Source: a virus. From it: a DNA stretch of 57,937 nt. Positions 48,537-57,838 of this stretch are shown one piece after another. Under the pieces are notes generated by a model. That model saw only the letters and a list, made by a program, of their open reading frames with translations. It was not told the DNA's origin and made no database searches. The DNA is taken from the IMG/VR virus record IMGVR_UViG_3300029135_000007, positions 1-57,937 of that record. The stretch is one strand, 5' to 3'. The stretch's first letter is position 1. The number at the start of each line of letters is the position of its first letter. Position numbers and translations under genes: made by a program.

Positions 48537-48909
48537 GATTGGTCACTCCTTTTAACAGATAGTTGTCGATGTCGGCGCGGCTCTTCTGCATCCCCTCGCG
48601 ATTGTTGCCGGACAGCTGCGCGTCCAGCAGATTGCGCACCCCGTCGAGGGTCAGACGGCTCACCTCGTCGATTTCGTCAAAGCGGCGCTGGTCACGGGCG
48701 AGGGCCTGAGTGTGCTGAAGCTGGCCCTGCTCTAAGGTGCCGATGCGCTTGTCCATCTCATCCAGCCGCTTGTTCTGCACGTTGTCCGGCTCCTGCGCCT
48801 TTTTGATGTACTTGTGGATGATTTCCAGCACCTTGTCGATGGTGATGGCTGCAGCGCACAGGCTGCCCAGGATGCCCAGTACCCACAGCAAAGCTTCTTT
48901 TTCGGTCAT
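48517..48909 (-). CDS. membrane-anchored coiled-coil lysis-cassette protein
   Basis: TM helix LLWVLGILGSLCAAAI plus a coiled coil; lies between the endolysin and holin genes. Confidence 0.45.
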   Translation of the reverse strand: MTEKEALLWVLGILGSLCAAAITIDKVLEIIHKYIKKAQEPDNVQNKRLDEMDKRIGTLEQGQLQHTQALARDQRRFDEIDEVSRLTLDGVRNLLDAQLSGNNREGMQKSRADIDNYLLKGVTNHGSTGN

Positions 48910-49718
48910 TTGCCCTCCCGAAGACGGGTCAAGCCCTTCTTGCGGATGATTTTTGGGTAGTTGCGCTCGGTGACGTTGAGGTCCACGTTGCCCGTGATGC
49001 CCGGCACAGCGCCCTTGCTGGTGTGCTGGTGGGCGTTGTAGTTAAACGTCACGTTGGGCGTTTTGCCGGTGTAGTCGGCAAGCCACACGTCATAGGGCTG
49101 CAAAGCTGCGCCGCCCACATAGAGATGCGCATTTGCAAAGCTGGTGTAGGTGTACAGCTGGGCATAAAAGCCCATCTGCTCTACCTCATGCAGAGCGTAG
49201 GCGGTCAGGTCAGTCAGGCTCTGCTTGTCCAGATTGCCCAGCCGGTTGTCCTCCACGTCCACCGCCACCGGCAGGGTCAGCTCCTTGCCCCGCAGCGCCT
49301 GCCGCAGCAGGGCAAGCTCTGCATCAGCCATCGCCTCGCTGGTAGCGTAGGTGTAGTAGTAGACGCCCACGTCCAGCCCGGCGGCCCGGGCGTTGCGGTA
49401 GTTGGTCTCAAAGGTGGGGTCGATATAAAGGCCGTCTGCCCGCTTGGAGAGCTTGCGGTTGGTGCTCACGGTCTTGAGCATTGCCCCCTTGTAGCCCGCC
49501 GCTTTGACCTTTCGCCAGCCGTCGAGGGTAATTTTGCCCTGATACCGGCTCACGTCGATGTACCGGTAGGGCGGGTCGCCCTCCCAGCCGGTGACAGCCT
49601 CTGCCCCGGTGGGTTCGGGAGGCTCCGGTGCGGGCTTTGCCTCTTCGGCATCCTGCTTGTCCCCCGGACCAAAGATGGCCCGCACAAGCTTTTCCAGCAG
49701 CTCCAGCAGTTTATCCAT
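48906..49718 (-). CDS. endolysin, GH25 muramidase type
   Basis: Start taken at MDKLLELL (RBS gggggagg); ...YIDVSRYQGKI...GAMLKTV...DVGVYYYTYA...VAVDVEDN... are GH25 motifs. Confidence 0.8.
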   Translation of the reverse strand: MDKLLELLEKLVRAIFGPGDKQDAEEAKPAPEPPEPTGAEAVTGWEGDPPYRYIDVSRYQGKITLDGWRKVKAAGYKGAMLKTVSTNRKLSKRADGLYIDPTFETNYRNARAAGLDVGVYYYTYATSEAMADAELALLRQALRGKELTLPVAVDVEDNRLGNLDKQSLTDLTAYALHEVEQMGFYAQLYTYTSFANAHLYVGGAALQPYDVWLADYTGKTPNVTFNYNAHQHTSKGAVPGITGNVDLNVTERNYPKIIRKKGLTRLREGK

Positions 49719-49881
49719 TGTAGTAGTCCTCCCCCGTGATCTCCTTGTACTGTTCAGGGGTGATCTCCCCCTCGGCCACCCTCTTGGCCAGCTCCCGCTT
49801 GACCCCGGGGCGGCGGCTTGCGGGCATCTCTGCCCAGGTCTTGGTACCGGCAATCAATCTGTTTGCCCAGATTTTGTCCAT
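49711..49881 (-). CDS. XkdX-like small protein
   Basis: MDKIWANRLIAGTKTW...GEITPEQYKEITGEDY; RBS aaggagga. Confidence 0.55.
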   Translation of the reverse strand: MDKIWANRLIAGTKTWAEMPASRRPGVKRELAKRVAEGEITPEQYKEITGEDYYNG

Positions 49882-49894
49882 TTTGATGTCCTCC

Positions 49895-50257
49895 TTACTT
49901 GTTGACGGCGGTATCCAGCTCGCACAGTGAGTCCTCAATAGCCGCCAGTCTCTCATCAGCGGCCATATCCTGCTCGCAGAGGGCGTCTTCCATCTCCGCA
50001 GCGGTCTTCGCCGCCTGTTCTGCCAAAGGGCCGGTCTTGTCGGTCATCCGGTAGTGGCGGTCGATCTCGTACCAGTCATAGCAGCGGCCCTCCGCGTCCT
50101 CCGCGCTGCGCAGCTTGCAGACGACGCGGAAGCTGTCGGTGATGGTCTGGTCGGGATACTCCCGCTCGATCTGGTGATACCCGGTCAGATCAGTGTGGTG
50201 GTCGCCCTTGGTCTTGAGGACTTCGATGCGGCCCTTTGTGCCAAATACGTATTCCAT
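49895..50257 (-). CDS. hypothetical protein downstream of the tail fibre gene
   Basis: Track ORF, 120 aa; RBS aaggagga. Confidence 0.5.
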   Translation of the reverse strand: MEYVFGTKGRIEVLKTKGDHHTDLTGYHQIEREYPDQTITDSFRVVCKLRSAEDAEGRCYDWYEIDRHYRMTDKTGPLAEQAAKTAAEMEDALCEQDMAADERLAAIEDSLCELDTAVNK

Positions 50258-50305
50258 GCGGTCTCCTCCTTATAAAGTTCAGCGCCTTACGGCGCGGTTA
50301 TCTGC

Positions 50306-50321
50306 GGGGGCTGCGGCCCCC
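50306..50321 (-). other. GC hairpin (6-bp stem, 4-nt loop) abutting the tail-fibre stop codon
   Basis: Coding strand reads TGA-GGGGGC-CGCA-GCCCCC; a second hairpin gcgcc-ttac-ggcgc at 50282-50295; no T-run follows. Confidence 0.7.
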
Positions 50322-52256
50322 TCAGACTCCCCCGTTGGGGAGTTCCTGGAGGCGGCAGCCGATGCTCCCGCCATAGACCGACGCGCTGTTGCAGCTGACG
50401 TAGAACAAACCATAGTTGAAGCTGCGGCTATAGTAACCACCGACGTAGAGGCACGGGTACGACGAGCCGAAGTACCAGTGATCGCACGAGTACGTTGCGT
50501 CACTACCGGACGCGGATGTGGGGATAAACACCGGGAAGTCGCCGTTTGCCTTGACCCTGAATGCGGACGGCCAGCCATCGGACGGAACGCCGACCGCCGT
50601 GCCATTGCTGCTGTCGCTGAAGTTTGCGGGGTTCAGGATGATGTTGAGGCCATTGCTGTTGTAGTAGCAGCCATCGCACCAGTCATAACAATTATCCCAC
50701 AATCCCTCGATGTTGCGGTACTGCGTGCCGCAGCCGTAAGTGGTGCGGCGGCTTTGGGTCGTGCCGGTGTGGTAGGGCATCGAGTCGGTATACCCCATCG
50801 ACTGCGCGGAGCGGTTGTCTCCGCAGCCGTACCCGATGGCGTTCTGACTGTTCCAGTCGCAAAATTCGACGATATAGAGCAGCCAGATGGTAAACCGCAT
50901 CGCAAAATCGCTCTGCCAGATGGTCGAGCCAAGATTGTGGATGCCGGAGCGGGCCGAAGAGCGGGTCATGTTCGCCCTGGGGCTGCCGGTGCCGCTCTTA
51001 TAGGTGTCGTTGCAGTGGTATCTGCCGATGTACACCACGTCCCGCTCACCGTGACCGTCGCCTCTGTCCATGTGGGCAGGGCTGACGCTGTAACCCTCTA
51101 CCGCGCGTTCGGCAATTTGGATAGTCATGCCAGCGCCATTTTGCTCCAGTTTATACCAGAATTTGGGGATAGCCACCATCGTGCCGCCGGTGCGTTCACT
51201 TTTTACCATGCCAGCCCAAGGCTGCAAGTTATCGAAAGGACTGCCATAGCTGCTTGCACCCGCGACGTATGGCACAGGGTCGGTAAATTCTTCTGCCTCG
51301 TCGGTGCGGCTCCACTTGGTGGTGCTGGTGCCGTCCCAGCTTGCGCCGTAGATGTGGATATAGGAAAGCTTAAGGGGGTAGTCCCTATACTCGCTCACCT
51401 TCACTCTGCGCTCGGTGGTCTCGTCGCCCAGCGTGGCCGTCACGGTCCATGTACCAGCGATGGGCAGATAGAGCTTGATGCTGCCGCTCTCCGGCACCGT
51501 GCCGGAGACGGTCTTGTCCCCGCACTGGGCGGTGACGGTGCTGCCCGCCTTGATCGTCACGGTCAGGGTGTAGTAGGTCAGAGTCAGGGTCTTGGTGCGG
51601 CAGTATTCCGCCTGCACCGTCTCCGTGGCCACGCCGGTGCCGAGCGTGGCGGTGACGGTCCACTCTCCGTCGTGGGGCAGGGCCGCAGAAAAGCTGCCGT
51701 CCGCAGCCACGCCGCTCACGTCTTTCTCGCCGTCCGAGAGGACGATGGAGCTGCCCGCCTCGGTCTGCACCACCACCCGGGGCAGCACGATGCCGCCTAC
51801 AGCCGCAGCGTCTGCCGCCGCGCCGGAGATGGTGAGGGTCTTGTCGGTCTCGATTTTGATAGCGTTGATGCGGTCACCCACGGCCTTGGCGTCTGCGGGC
51901 GCGCCGGAGATGGTGAGGGTGGGGTCGGTGCTCACTACAGCAGCCGCCTTGTCGGCGCTTTTTTTCGCTTCTTCTGCGGATGAGGCCGCAGCGTCTCTGC
52001 TTGCGGTTGCAGAGTTTGCGGCTAACTCAGCAGCGTCTTTTGCGGTTGACGCAACGGTTGCGGCGGCCTCCGCCTTTTCCTTTGCAATGTCAGCCCCTGC
52101 AACATCACTCAAAGTGTTGAGGGTGTCGGCGTTCATTGGAGTACCCTCGACAACAGGTTCATCATTACGAATCAAAGTGATGATTTCTGATGTGCCATCA
52201 GATTTCATCATAGTCCAACGCCCGGGATATTTTGCTTTTCGGTCAACAAAATGCAT
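50322..52256 (-). CDS. tail fibre / receptor-binding protein with C-type-lectin (FGE-sulfatase-like) C-terminal domain
   Basis: Start MHFVDRKAKYPGRW (RBS ggaggtg), a conserved fibre N-terminus ...EPVVEGTPMNADTLN...; repeats ...TISGA(P/A)ADA(K/A)AVG...; C-terminus ...WDNCYDWCDGCYYN...YVGGYYSRSFNYGLFYVSCNSASVYGGSIGCRL. Confidence 0.7.
   Translation of the reverse strand: MHFVDRKAKYPGRWTMMKSDGTSEIITLIRNDEPVVEGTPMNADTLNTLSDVAGADIAKEKAEAAATVASTAKDAAELAANSATASRDAAASSAEEAKKSADKAAAVVSTDPTLTISGAPADAKAVGDRINAIKIETDKTLTISGAAADAAAVGGIVLPRVVVQTEAGSSIVLSDGEKDVSGVAADGSFSAALPHDGEWTVTATLGTGVATETVQAEYCRTKTLTLTYYTLTVTIKAGSTVTAQCGDKTVSGTVPESGSIKLYLPIAGTWTVTATLGDETTERRVKVSEYRDYPLKLSYIHIYGASWDGTSTTKWSRTDEAEEFTDPVPYVAGASSYGSPFDNLQPWAGMVKSERTGGTMVAIPKFWYKLEQNGAGMTIQIAERAVEGYSVSPAHMDRGDGHGERDVVYIGRYHCNDTYKSGTGSPRANMTRSSARSGIHNLGSTIWQSDFAMRFTIWLLYIVEFCDWNSQNAIGYGCGDNRSAQSMGYTDSMPYHTGTTQSRRTTYGCGTQYRNIEGLWDNCYDWCDGCYYNSNGLNIILNPANFSDSSNGTAVGVPSDGWPSAFRVKANGDFPVFIPTSASGSDATYSCDHWYFGSSYPCLYVGGYYSRSFNYGLFYVSCNSASVYGGSIGCRLQELPNGGV
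50325..50441 (-). other. DGR variable-region-like segment (last 38 codons of the fibre gene)
   Basis: GGYYSRSFNYGLFYVSCNSASVYGGSIGCRLQELPNGGV; 21 of the 29 codons after GG end in C (TAC AGC CGC AGC TTC AAC ... GTC AGC TGC AAC AGC ...). Confidence 0.4.
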
Positions 52257-53166
52257 AATAGGGTTCACCTCCGCATATTGTATCTGAACAATAAAGTAAA
52301 TGGTCCTTTGCCATCGCTTCAATGTCAGACAAAACTTTTTCTATTTGGTTGATAACCGCAAAATGATAACTCAGCGCCTCGGGAACTCCTGGGGTAGAAC
52401 TTTTGCCGCTGCATTTGGAGCGAATGGCTTTCACGTTATCAATCCACCGAGTGGCATCCGCAATGGTCAGATAATCATTGATTGTCCAACCAGCTTCCAC
52501 AGGCACAGTTAAACCGATTGTTCCTGAAAAAATAAGCTTGCTGTCGTCGCCGTAATAAGCGCTTCCATTTGTAATGTTGACGTAGTCGTTTGCGACGACC
52601 CATGAGGGCTCGACAGAGGGCGGGTAGAAGTTGTTGGAGGCGGCGAAATAGAGCTGGTATTCGACACCCTTTTCCAGCGGGAAATCGCCCATGTCCAACA
52701 CCACGTCGTTGTAGCCGCGGATAATGTCGATGAACTTATCCACTAGGGCGGTCGTGGAGCCGAACTTGCGCAGAACGGTGCGCATCGTACCCGGCACATA
52801 GCCTTTGACGCGGAACTCCAGCGAGCGGAGTCGCAGGCCCGCTTTCTTGGCCGTCAGCGGCATAAAGAACTCGTATTTGGCGGGATAAGCGTCCCATGCA
52901 GGAATGTCGCCGCTTTCATTTTTCGCAGTAACAACTTGAATGTTTTGCTGTACAATCCTTGCAGAATAAGATGCGCCAACGATTTCAGCAAGTTCTTTGA
53001 TTCCGTTTTCAATGCGGTTGTAATCGGTGTAGCTGAGCGCACCTTTCATACCAGAAGCCCATTCTTGCTGCTCCTCTTCTGTCCATGTGCCGGTTCTGGC
53101 TTTGGCTGTTAGCTCTTTTACACGGTCAATATCTGCCTGTGTGCGGTCTGTAATCCACGTTGCCAT
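52243..53166 (-). CDS. tail-associated protein
   Basis: 307 aa; N-terminus MATWITDRTQADIDRVKEL... is typical of Firmicutes prophage tail and fibre neighbourhoods. Confidence 0.5.
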   Translation of the reverse strand: MATWITDRTQADIDRVKELTAKARTGTWTEEEQQEWASGMKGALSYTDYNRIENGIKELAEIVGASYSARIVQQNIQVVTAKNESGDIPAWDAYPAKYEFFMPLTAKKAGLRLRSLEFRVKGYVPGTMRTVLRKFGSTTALVDKFIDIIRGYNDVVLDMGDFPLEKGVEYQLYFAASNNFYPPSVEPSWVVANDYVNITNGSAYYGDDSKLIFSGTIGLTVPVEAGWTINDYLTIADATRWIDNVKAIRSKCSGKSSTPGVPEALSYHFAVINQIEKVLSDIEAMAKDHLLYCSDTICGGEPYYAFC

Positions 53167-53176
53167 ACTTCACCTC

Positions 53177-55792
53177 TTAAAAAATCAGTTTGCCGTCAGC
53201 GTCAATAGCAAGAGACTTTGGGACGGTAAATGCAGGGTGAACAACATTATCATACTTACGGGGGGAATCGTCATTCGTAGCGTAAGAAATCGTCTCTGCG
53301 TTGGTATTCACTTGTAACGTAGAATCATACACGGCGTATGCATTTACAAGTTTGCTGACCAACAGAGGTCGCCAGTACTTGTTGGCGCTTGAACTTGTGC
53401 CAGCAATATCACGAAGCATCTGAAGCGAGTATAGGTAAGGAGTTCTCGTCCAAATGGAACGCCCTCTCTCAGAACCTTCCATGTCGGAGGCAAGCATTGT
53501 CTTCAAGACTTCAGATGCATTTTGCAGGGGAGTACCCTCGTTGTGCTTATAGCTCGGGCTGCTAGTTGTCCAATTCGGAGCATCAGAGCCTTCCGTGTCG
53601 TATCCAAACTCGTGGTGAGAAAGCAGAAAAATGCTTTTTGCCATCGTAGTCACTTTGCTACTGCCAGAATTGCAATAAGAGTCAAAAAAACCGGGAGTAT
53701 AATAGATAGTCGTCTTGTCGATAGCTTGCTTCTGGGCGGAGCTGAACGAGTTGAAGTACTCTTCGTTGAGCCAGCTGTTTACGCTGCTGCTGGCGTAAGT
53801 AGACCATGTAGAGCTCCAAGCCATGATAGCCGCGTAGTGTTTTCGAACCAGAAGAGTTCGCCCGACTCCATTCAGCTCGCTTTCGTAGTCATGCTTTGCA
53901 ACGATGAACTCGGCCACGTTGCCACCCTCATTCATAAGAACGGTGCTGCCTTCCGCAACATCAAACAGATTGTAAGACGCCGTAGCGAAGGAGCATTCTG
54001 CGGAGACGCCGCCTGCTGAAGCTGTGACAACAGCCTTGCCCGGAGAGTTCCACTTGACTTGGCAGGTGGATTTTCCTTCTGCATTCGTCAGAACGTGAAG
54101 GGAGACGATTCCTTCGGGAGAAGCTGCCCAGTTGATTTTAGGAGAGTCAATAGAAGCAGGGGAGAGGGTGGCAGACAAAATAACGGACTCGCCCCAATCG
54201 AGCTGTTCGCTGGTATGGTCAAGAGACATAGCCTGAGCGTCTGCCATCATGTACCCCTCTACAGCACCTTTGAAACACCCATTGAAAGTGTACTTTACAT
54301 TGGTCGCCAGCAAGACAGCATCGTAATTGAACTGATGGTGAATCTTTACCATATCAAGGGCGTCAATAGTAGGGCTTGCCCGATATGTGAGAGAAGCCTT
54401 GCGGCGGTTGGAAAGGACTCCATAAGACTCTGTAAGGGCATTCCTGGATTTTGCAAGGATGTCCTTTGTGAGCATAACATTGCTCAGAGTCTGGCTGACG
54501 CCTTTGCCCGAAGGGCTTTCGGGATAAGCGTAGGTAACGCCACCTGCGGTAGTCACAACGTTGAGCATATTTTGAGCAAAGGTGATTTCCGGCCAAGAAT
54601 AATTGTTCAGTACTGGAATGTCCAACACGGGATTGGAGGTATCGGCTCCGTAGACTCTTTTAATTTTTATCACGCCATCACGAGTCTGGTACAAAGCCAT
54701 TCCAGCAGCGTTTGCCGCAAGCTGCAAAATATCGGAATTGTGATAAGTAGACTCATCGCTTGTAATGTCGGTGGAGTAATCTTTCAGTTCATTCGAAATA
54801 TCGAAGGTAATTTCATCCGCTTCCAACAGCTCCAAGGCATCGTAGCACATCTCATAGAGCGTGCCGTATTTTCTTCCGGTGTACTTCGTGCTGGATAGAT
54901 ACAGGAAAGCGTCTCGCGCCTGAAAGGACGCCTCAATACTGTTGGCAGGGACGCTCCACTCCGACAGGAAGAACATTCCTCCGCTCACCCATTCAGTCTT
55001 TCCGTCAACATCCATTCCATAACGAACGGTGACAGGCTGGCGCTCATAGATGTACTTGTAAATCCCTTGAGGGTTTACGGAGTCCCATGTGCGGTCACTG
55101 TTGTCTAAACTAAAGGAAATCGACTCCTGAGAAAGCTGCCCGGAGATAGGGTCTCTTGCAGAAGAATGGCTGTAGGACAAGATTTTGGTCTTGTCAAACA
55201 CCAGATACCTTCCGATTTTCACTTGCTCGACCCTTACTCGGCGGTCGGGAAGGCACCACTTCAGCACCTCTAGCTCTACAGCATCAAACCCGGAAAGTTC
55301 TACTTCAACGTCAGAACGAATGGATTTGTTTCTGTTCACAGTCACGGTTTTCAGCTTTTTGGCCCCAAGATATGCGCTGACCGAAAAATCTGTAGCGTAC
55401 TCCCCAAATACTGTAGACCAGCAAATCGAAACGCCGGGAATCGAAGATTTGTTTTCGCTCGGAAGCTCAAGCCGAATAACAGGGTGACTTGAATCGTCAA
55501 AAATATTAGCGCTCAAAAACCCGGTGGCTTCATACGGAGCGGAAGAAGGAACGATACCGCAGCTTCCATCAAGTACGGTAAGGTTAAGTTCCCCTGTAGA
55601 ATACCTCGAGATGGATGCGTTATCCGAAAGAGCAATGTCGTGAAAGGTAGAGAACGGGGCTGCCGGTGACGTGACAACGGTTGCCTTTTTATTGATGCCA
55701 GGCTCGGTGATTCCGCACGTAATCTCCACAAAAGCCTCAGGGACAAGGGTTTCGTTGAACTTTTCTTTCCACTTATCGGAGACTTCAACCAT
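53177..55792 (-). CDS. large tail protein (Tal-position) with Ig-like (Big_2-type) domain and C-terminal binding-domain-like region
   Basis: 871 aa, after the small distal tail gene; Ig-like segment ...VILSATLSPASIDSPKINWAASPEGIVSL...VVTASAGGVSAECSF. Confidence 0.6.
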   Translation of the reverse strand: MVEVSDKWKEKFNETLVPEAFVEITCGITEPGINKKATVVTSPAAPFSTFHDIALSDNASISRYSTGELNLTVLDGSCGIVPSSAPYEATGFLSANIFDDSSHPVIRLELPSENKSSIPGVSICWSTVFGEYATDFSVSAYLGAKKLKTVTVNRNKSIRSDVEVELSGFDAVELEVLKWCLPDRRVRVEQVKIGRYLVFDKTKILSYSHSSARDPISGQLSQESISFSLDNSDRTWDSVNPQGIYKYIYERQPVTVRYGMDVDGKTEWVSGGMFFLSEWSVPANSIEASFQARDAFLYLSSTKYTGRKYGTLYEMCYDALELLEADEITFDISNELKDYSTDITSDESTYHNSDILQLAANAAGMALYQTRDGVIKIKRVYGADTSNPVLDIPVLNNYSWPEITFAQNMLNVVTTAGGVTYAYPESPSGKGVSQTLSNVMLTKDILAKSRNALTESYGVLSNRRKASLTYRASPTIDALDMVKIHHQFNYDAVLLATNVKYTFNGCFKGAVEGYMMADAQAMSLDHTSEQLDWGESVILSATLSPASIDSPKINWAASPEGIVSLHVLTNAEGKSTCQVKWNSPGKAVVTASAGGVSAECSFATASYNLFDVAEGSTVLMNEGGNVAEFIVAKHDYESELNGVGRTLLVRKHYAAIMAWSSTWSTYASSSVNSWLNEEYFNSFSSAQKQAIDKTTIYYTPGFFDSYCNSGSSKVTTMAKSIFLLSHHEFGYDTEGSDAPNWTTSSPSYKHNEGTPLQNASEVLKTMLASDMEGSERGRSIWTRTPYLYSLQMLRDIAGTSSSANKYWRPLLVSKLVNAYAVYDSTLQVNTNAETISYATNDDSPRKYDNVVHPAFTVPKSLAIDADGKLIF

Positions 55793-55795
55793 ACA

Positions 55796-56173
55796 TCATA
55801 CCTCCACCAGCGATAATTTGCATCCAGTCCAGCCCATGACATTTCCGCTGGTCGGGCTTCTGCGCCACATCCCACCCGTCCGGTCAGAAACGTACATCTG
55901 CCGGGTAGTATAGGATGCCGTCGTTTGATTGTAGAATCGAACGGAACAATAGAAGTTCGTGGTAAACAGGCTCAGTACGTCAGCCCACTGTCGTGCGGTG
56001 AGATAGTTCCAAGAAAGTGACACCTTGGCCACATCATGCCGGATGACAGCGCCAACAGCCTTGCCTTGAACATTTCGCCCGGAGTTCACAATGGTGCTTG
56101 TAGTTCCTTCGTATGAAGACGGCTCAGGCAGTTCCACGCCGTTGACCGTGACCAGAGCAGGGATATTTGCCAT
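55796..56173 (-). CDS. small distal tail component (Dit-position)
   Basis: 125 aa immediately after the tape measure gene. Confidence 0.4.
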   Translation of the reverse strand: MANIPALVTVNGVELPEPSSYEGTTSTIVNSGRNVQGKAVGAVIRHDVAKVSLSWNYLTARQWADVLSLFTTNFYCSVRFYNQTTASYTTRQMYVSDRTGGMWRRSPTSGNVMGWTGCKLSLVEV

Positions 56174-56190
56174 GCGTCATCTTCCTTTCA

Positions 56191-57838
56191 TCAGTAAGAG
56201 TAGACCTCAGTTCCCATGATAGGGATGCCGCGGTCTTTCTGGGTCTTTTCGACAGAAGAGGTGAGCTGTCTGCCATCAAGGTAGACTTTGACCTCTTGAC
56301 CGTTCAGCAATTCTTCGCCATAACGCTGCATTATATCGAGAAATGCGTTATAGCAGCCATTGTACACAGCATCTCTCATCTCTTCGGAGTTTCCACTTGC
56401 GGCAGAATAGGTGCCACTATACGAACCAGACCCATAGGTAGAATCATAACTGGATGTGCCAGCATACTGAGAGCTGTCGCTATAGTTAGAACGGCTGATA
56501 CTGCCAATAATGCCTGCGATAGCAGCGGCAATCGCCACGCCACCGGCAACCATTGCAAAGCCGGTAGGAATACCAAGCACGGACAACGTGCCGCCGATTG
56601 CTTCCAGCATGGCGGTAAAAGCGCCGCCAATCGTAGTAATCAAACCAGCTACGCCAGCAAGCATCTTCGGGAACTGGCTCAGTAATCCGCCAGACAAGCC
56701 TTTACTGATTGCAAGCGCTGCGGTCGAGAGCGGAGTCTTCGATTTAGTGAACACGCTGGTAATGTTCTCGACCATCTTTGCCGTATTTTGTGTGGCAGCG
56801 CCAAAATTCTGAGTCAGTGCGCTCACCAGATTTTTGCCAATGGTAGCGGCTGTATTCAGCAGGGAAGAAGCTTGGCTTTTCAATTCTTTGCTCAGTCTGC
56901 CAAGCAAATCGCTTGCAACGGACTTGACGCGTTTACGCTGCTCATCGCCCATAGCGCCCCAAATGCCAGCGGCAATGGTAGTGCCGACCGTTTTCCAATC
57001 TCCGCTCTGCGCGGCCTGAATGAAAGTTTGCACCGTACCGAAGAAGTTGGTCTTGAGGTTGTTGTCAAGCTCAGACCACTTGGAATCCAGTCCGGAAATG
57101 ATTCCGTTGACGTAGCTTGTGCCGCAGTCAATGCCATAGTTCGCCATCTCTTCGCCCTTGAGCTTGGTGGCGTCTACAAGTTTATTCATAGCATCGTTGA
57201 CATAACCGAGAGAACCAGTGATACCGTTTGCAAGGCCTTGAACGACGTAGCTGCCAATTCCTTCAAACCACTTAGAGGGAGAGTGAATATCAAGTTCATC
57301 TTGAGCGGTTTTCTTGATTCCATCGGTCAACTGTTTGGTCGCGTCATTTGACACATTGGTGTTCCCCGTGATGCCCTTCGTGATGCCATCAATAATGTTT
57401 TTGCCGACGCTTAACGGATTAAACTTAGAAACTTTATCAATCAGTTTTCCGAACCACGTTACAGCGTCTTTGATTCCATTGATTACATCAGCAATCAAGA
57501 GAACAAATTTTTCCGCAAAGTTTCCATTGGCGGCGATGGCAAGGCGGTCTGATTCGTCTACGCCTTTAATAATCCATCCAATGAACACGCCCATGTCGTG
57601 GATAACTTGCGCAAGAGACGCGATTGCACCTTCAAGAAAATTTCCATTCATCTGGATGTCGAGCATTTCTGTTTCAGAAACGCCATTTTGAATCCATCCG
57701 ATAAGAATTGCAAAATCATTGATAAGATTTCCGAGAGCAGTTATGATGTCTGCCACTGTTTCGGCCGCAATCGTGCCGAAATTTACGAAAGCATCGTGCC
57801 AATCAGATTTCAGCTGAAATGCTTCTGCTTCGCTTTCA
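56191..57838 (-). CDS. tail tape measure protein, C-terminal part (continuation of 2237..1 across the junction)
   Basis: Track ORF 56191..57921; its first residues lie inside the 99-bp overlap. Internal repeats ...IGWI(Q/I)(N/K)GV.E...NGNF(L/A)E...; Gly/Ala-rich TM-like C-terminal region. Confidence 0.85.

Noticed and set aside
49895-52256. Complete diversity-generating retroelement
   Set aside because: No reverse-transcriptase-like ORF, no Avd-like four-helix gene and no second copy of the putative variable region were found on either strand of the circle. Only the orphan-target hypothesis is kept.
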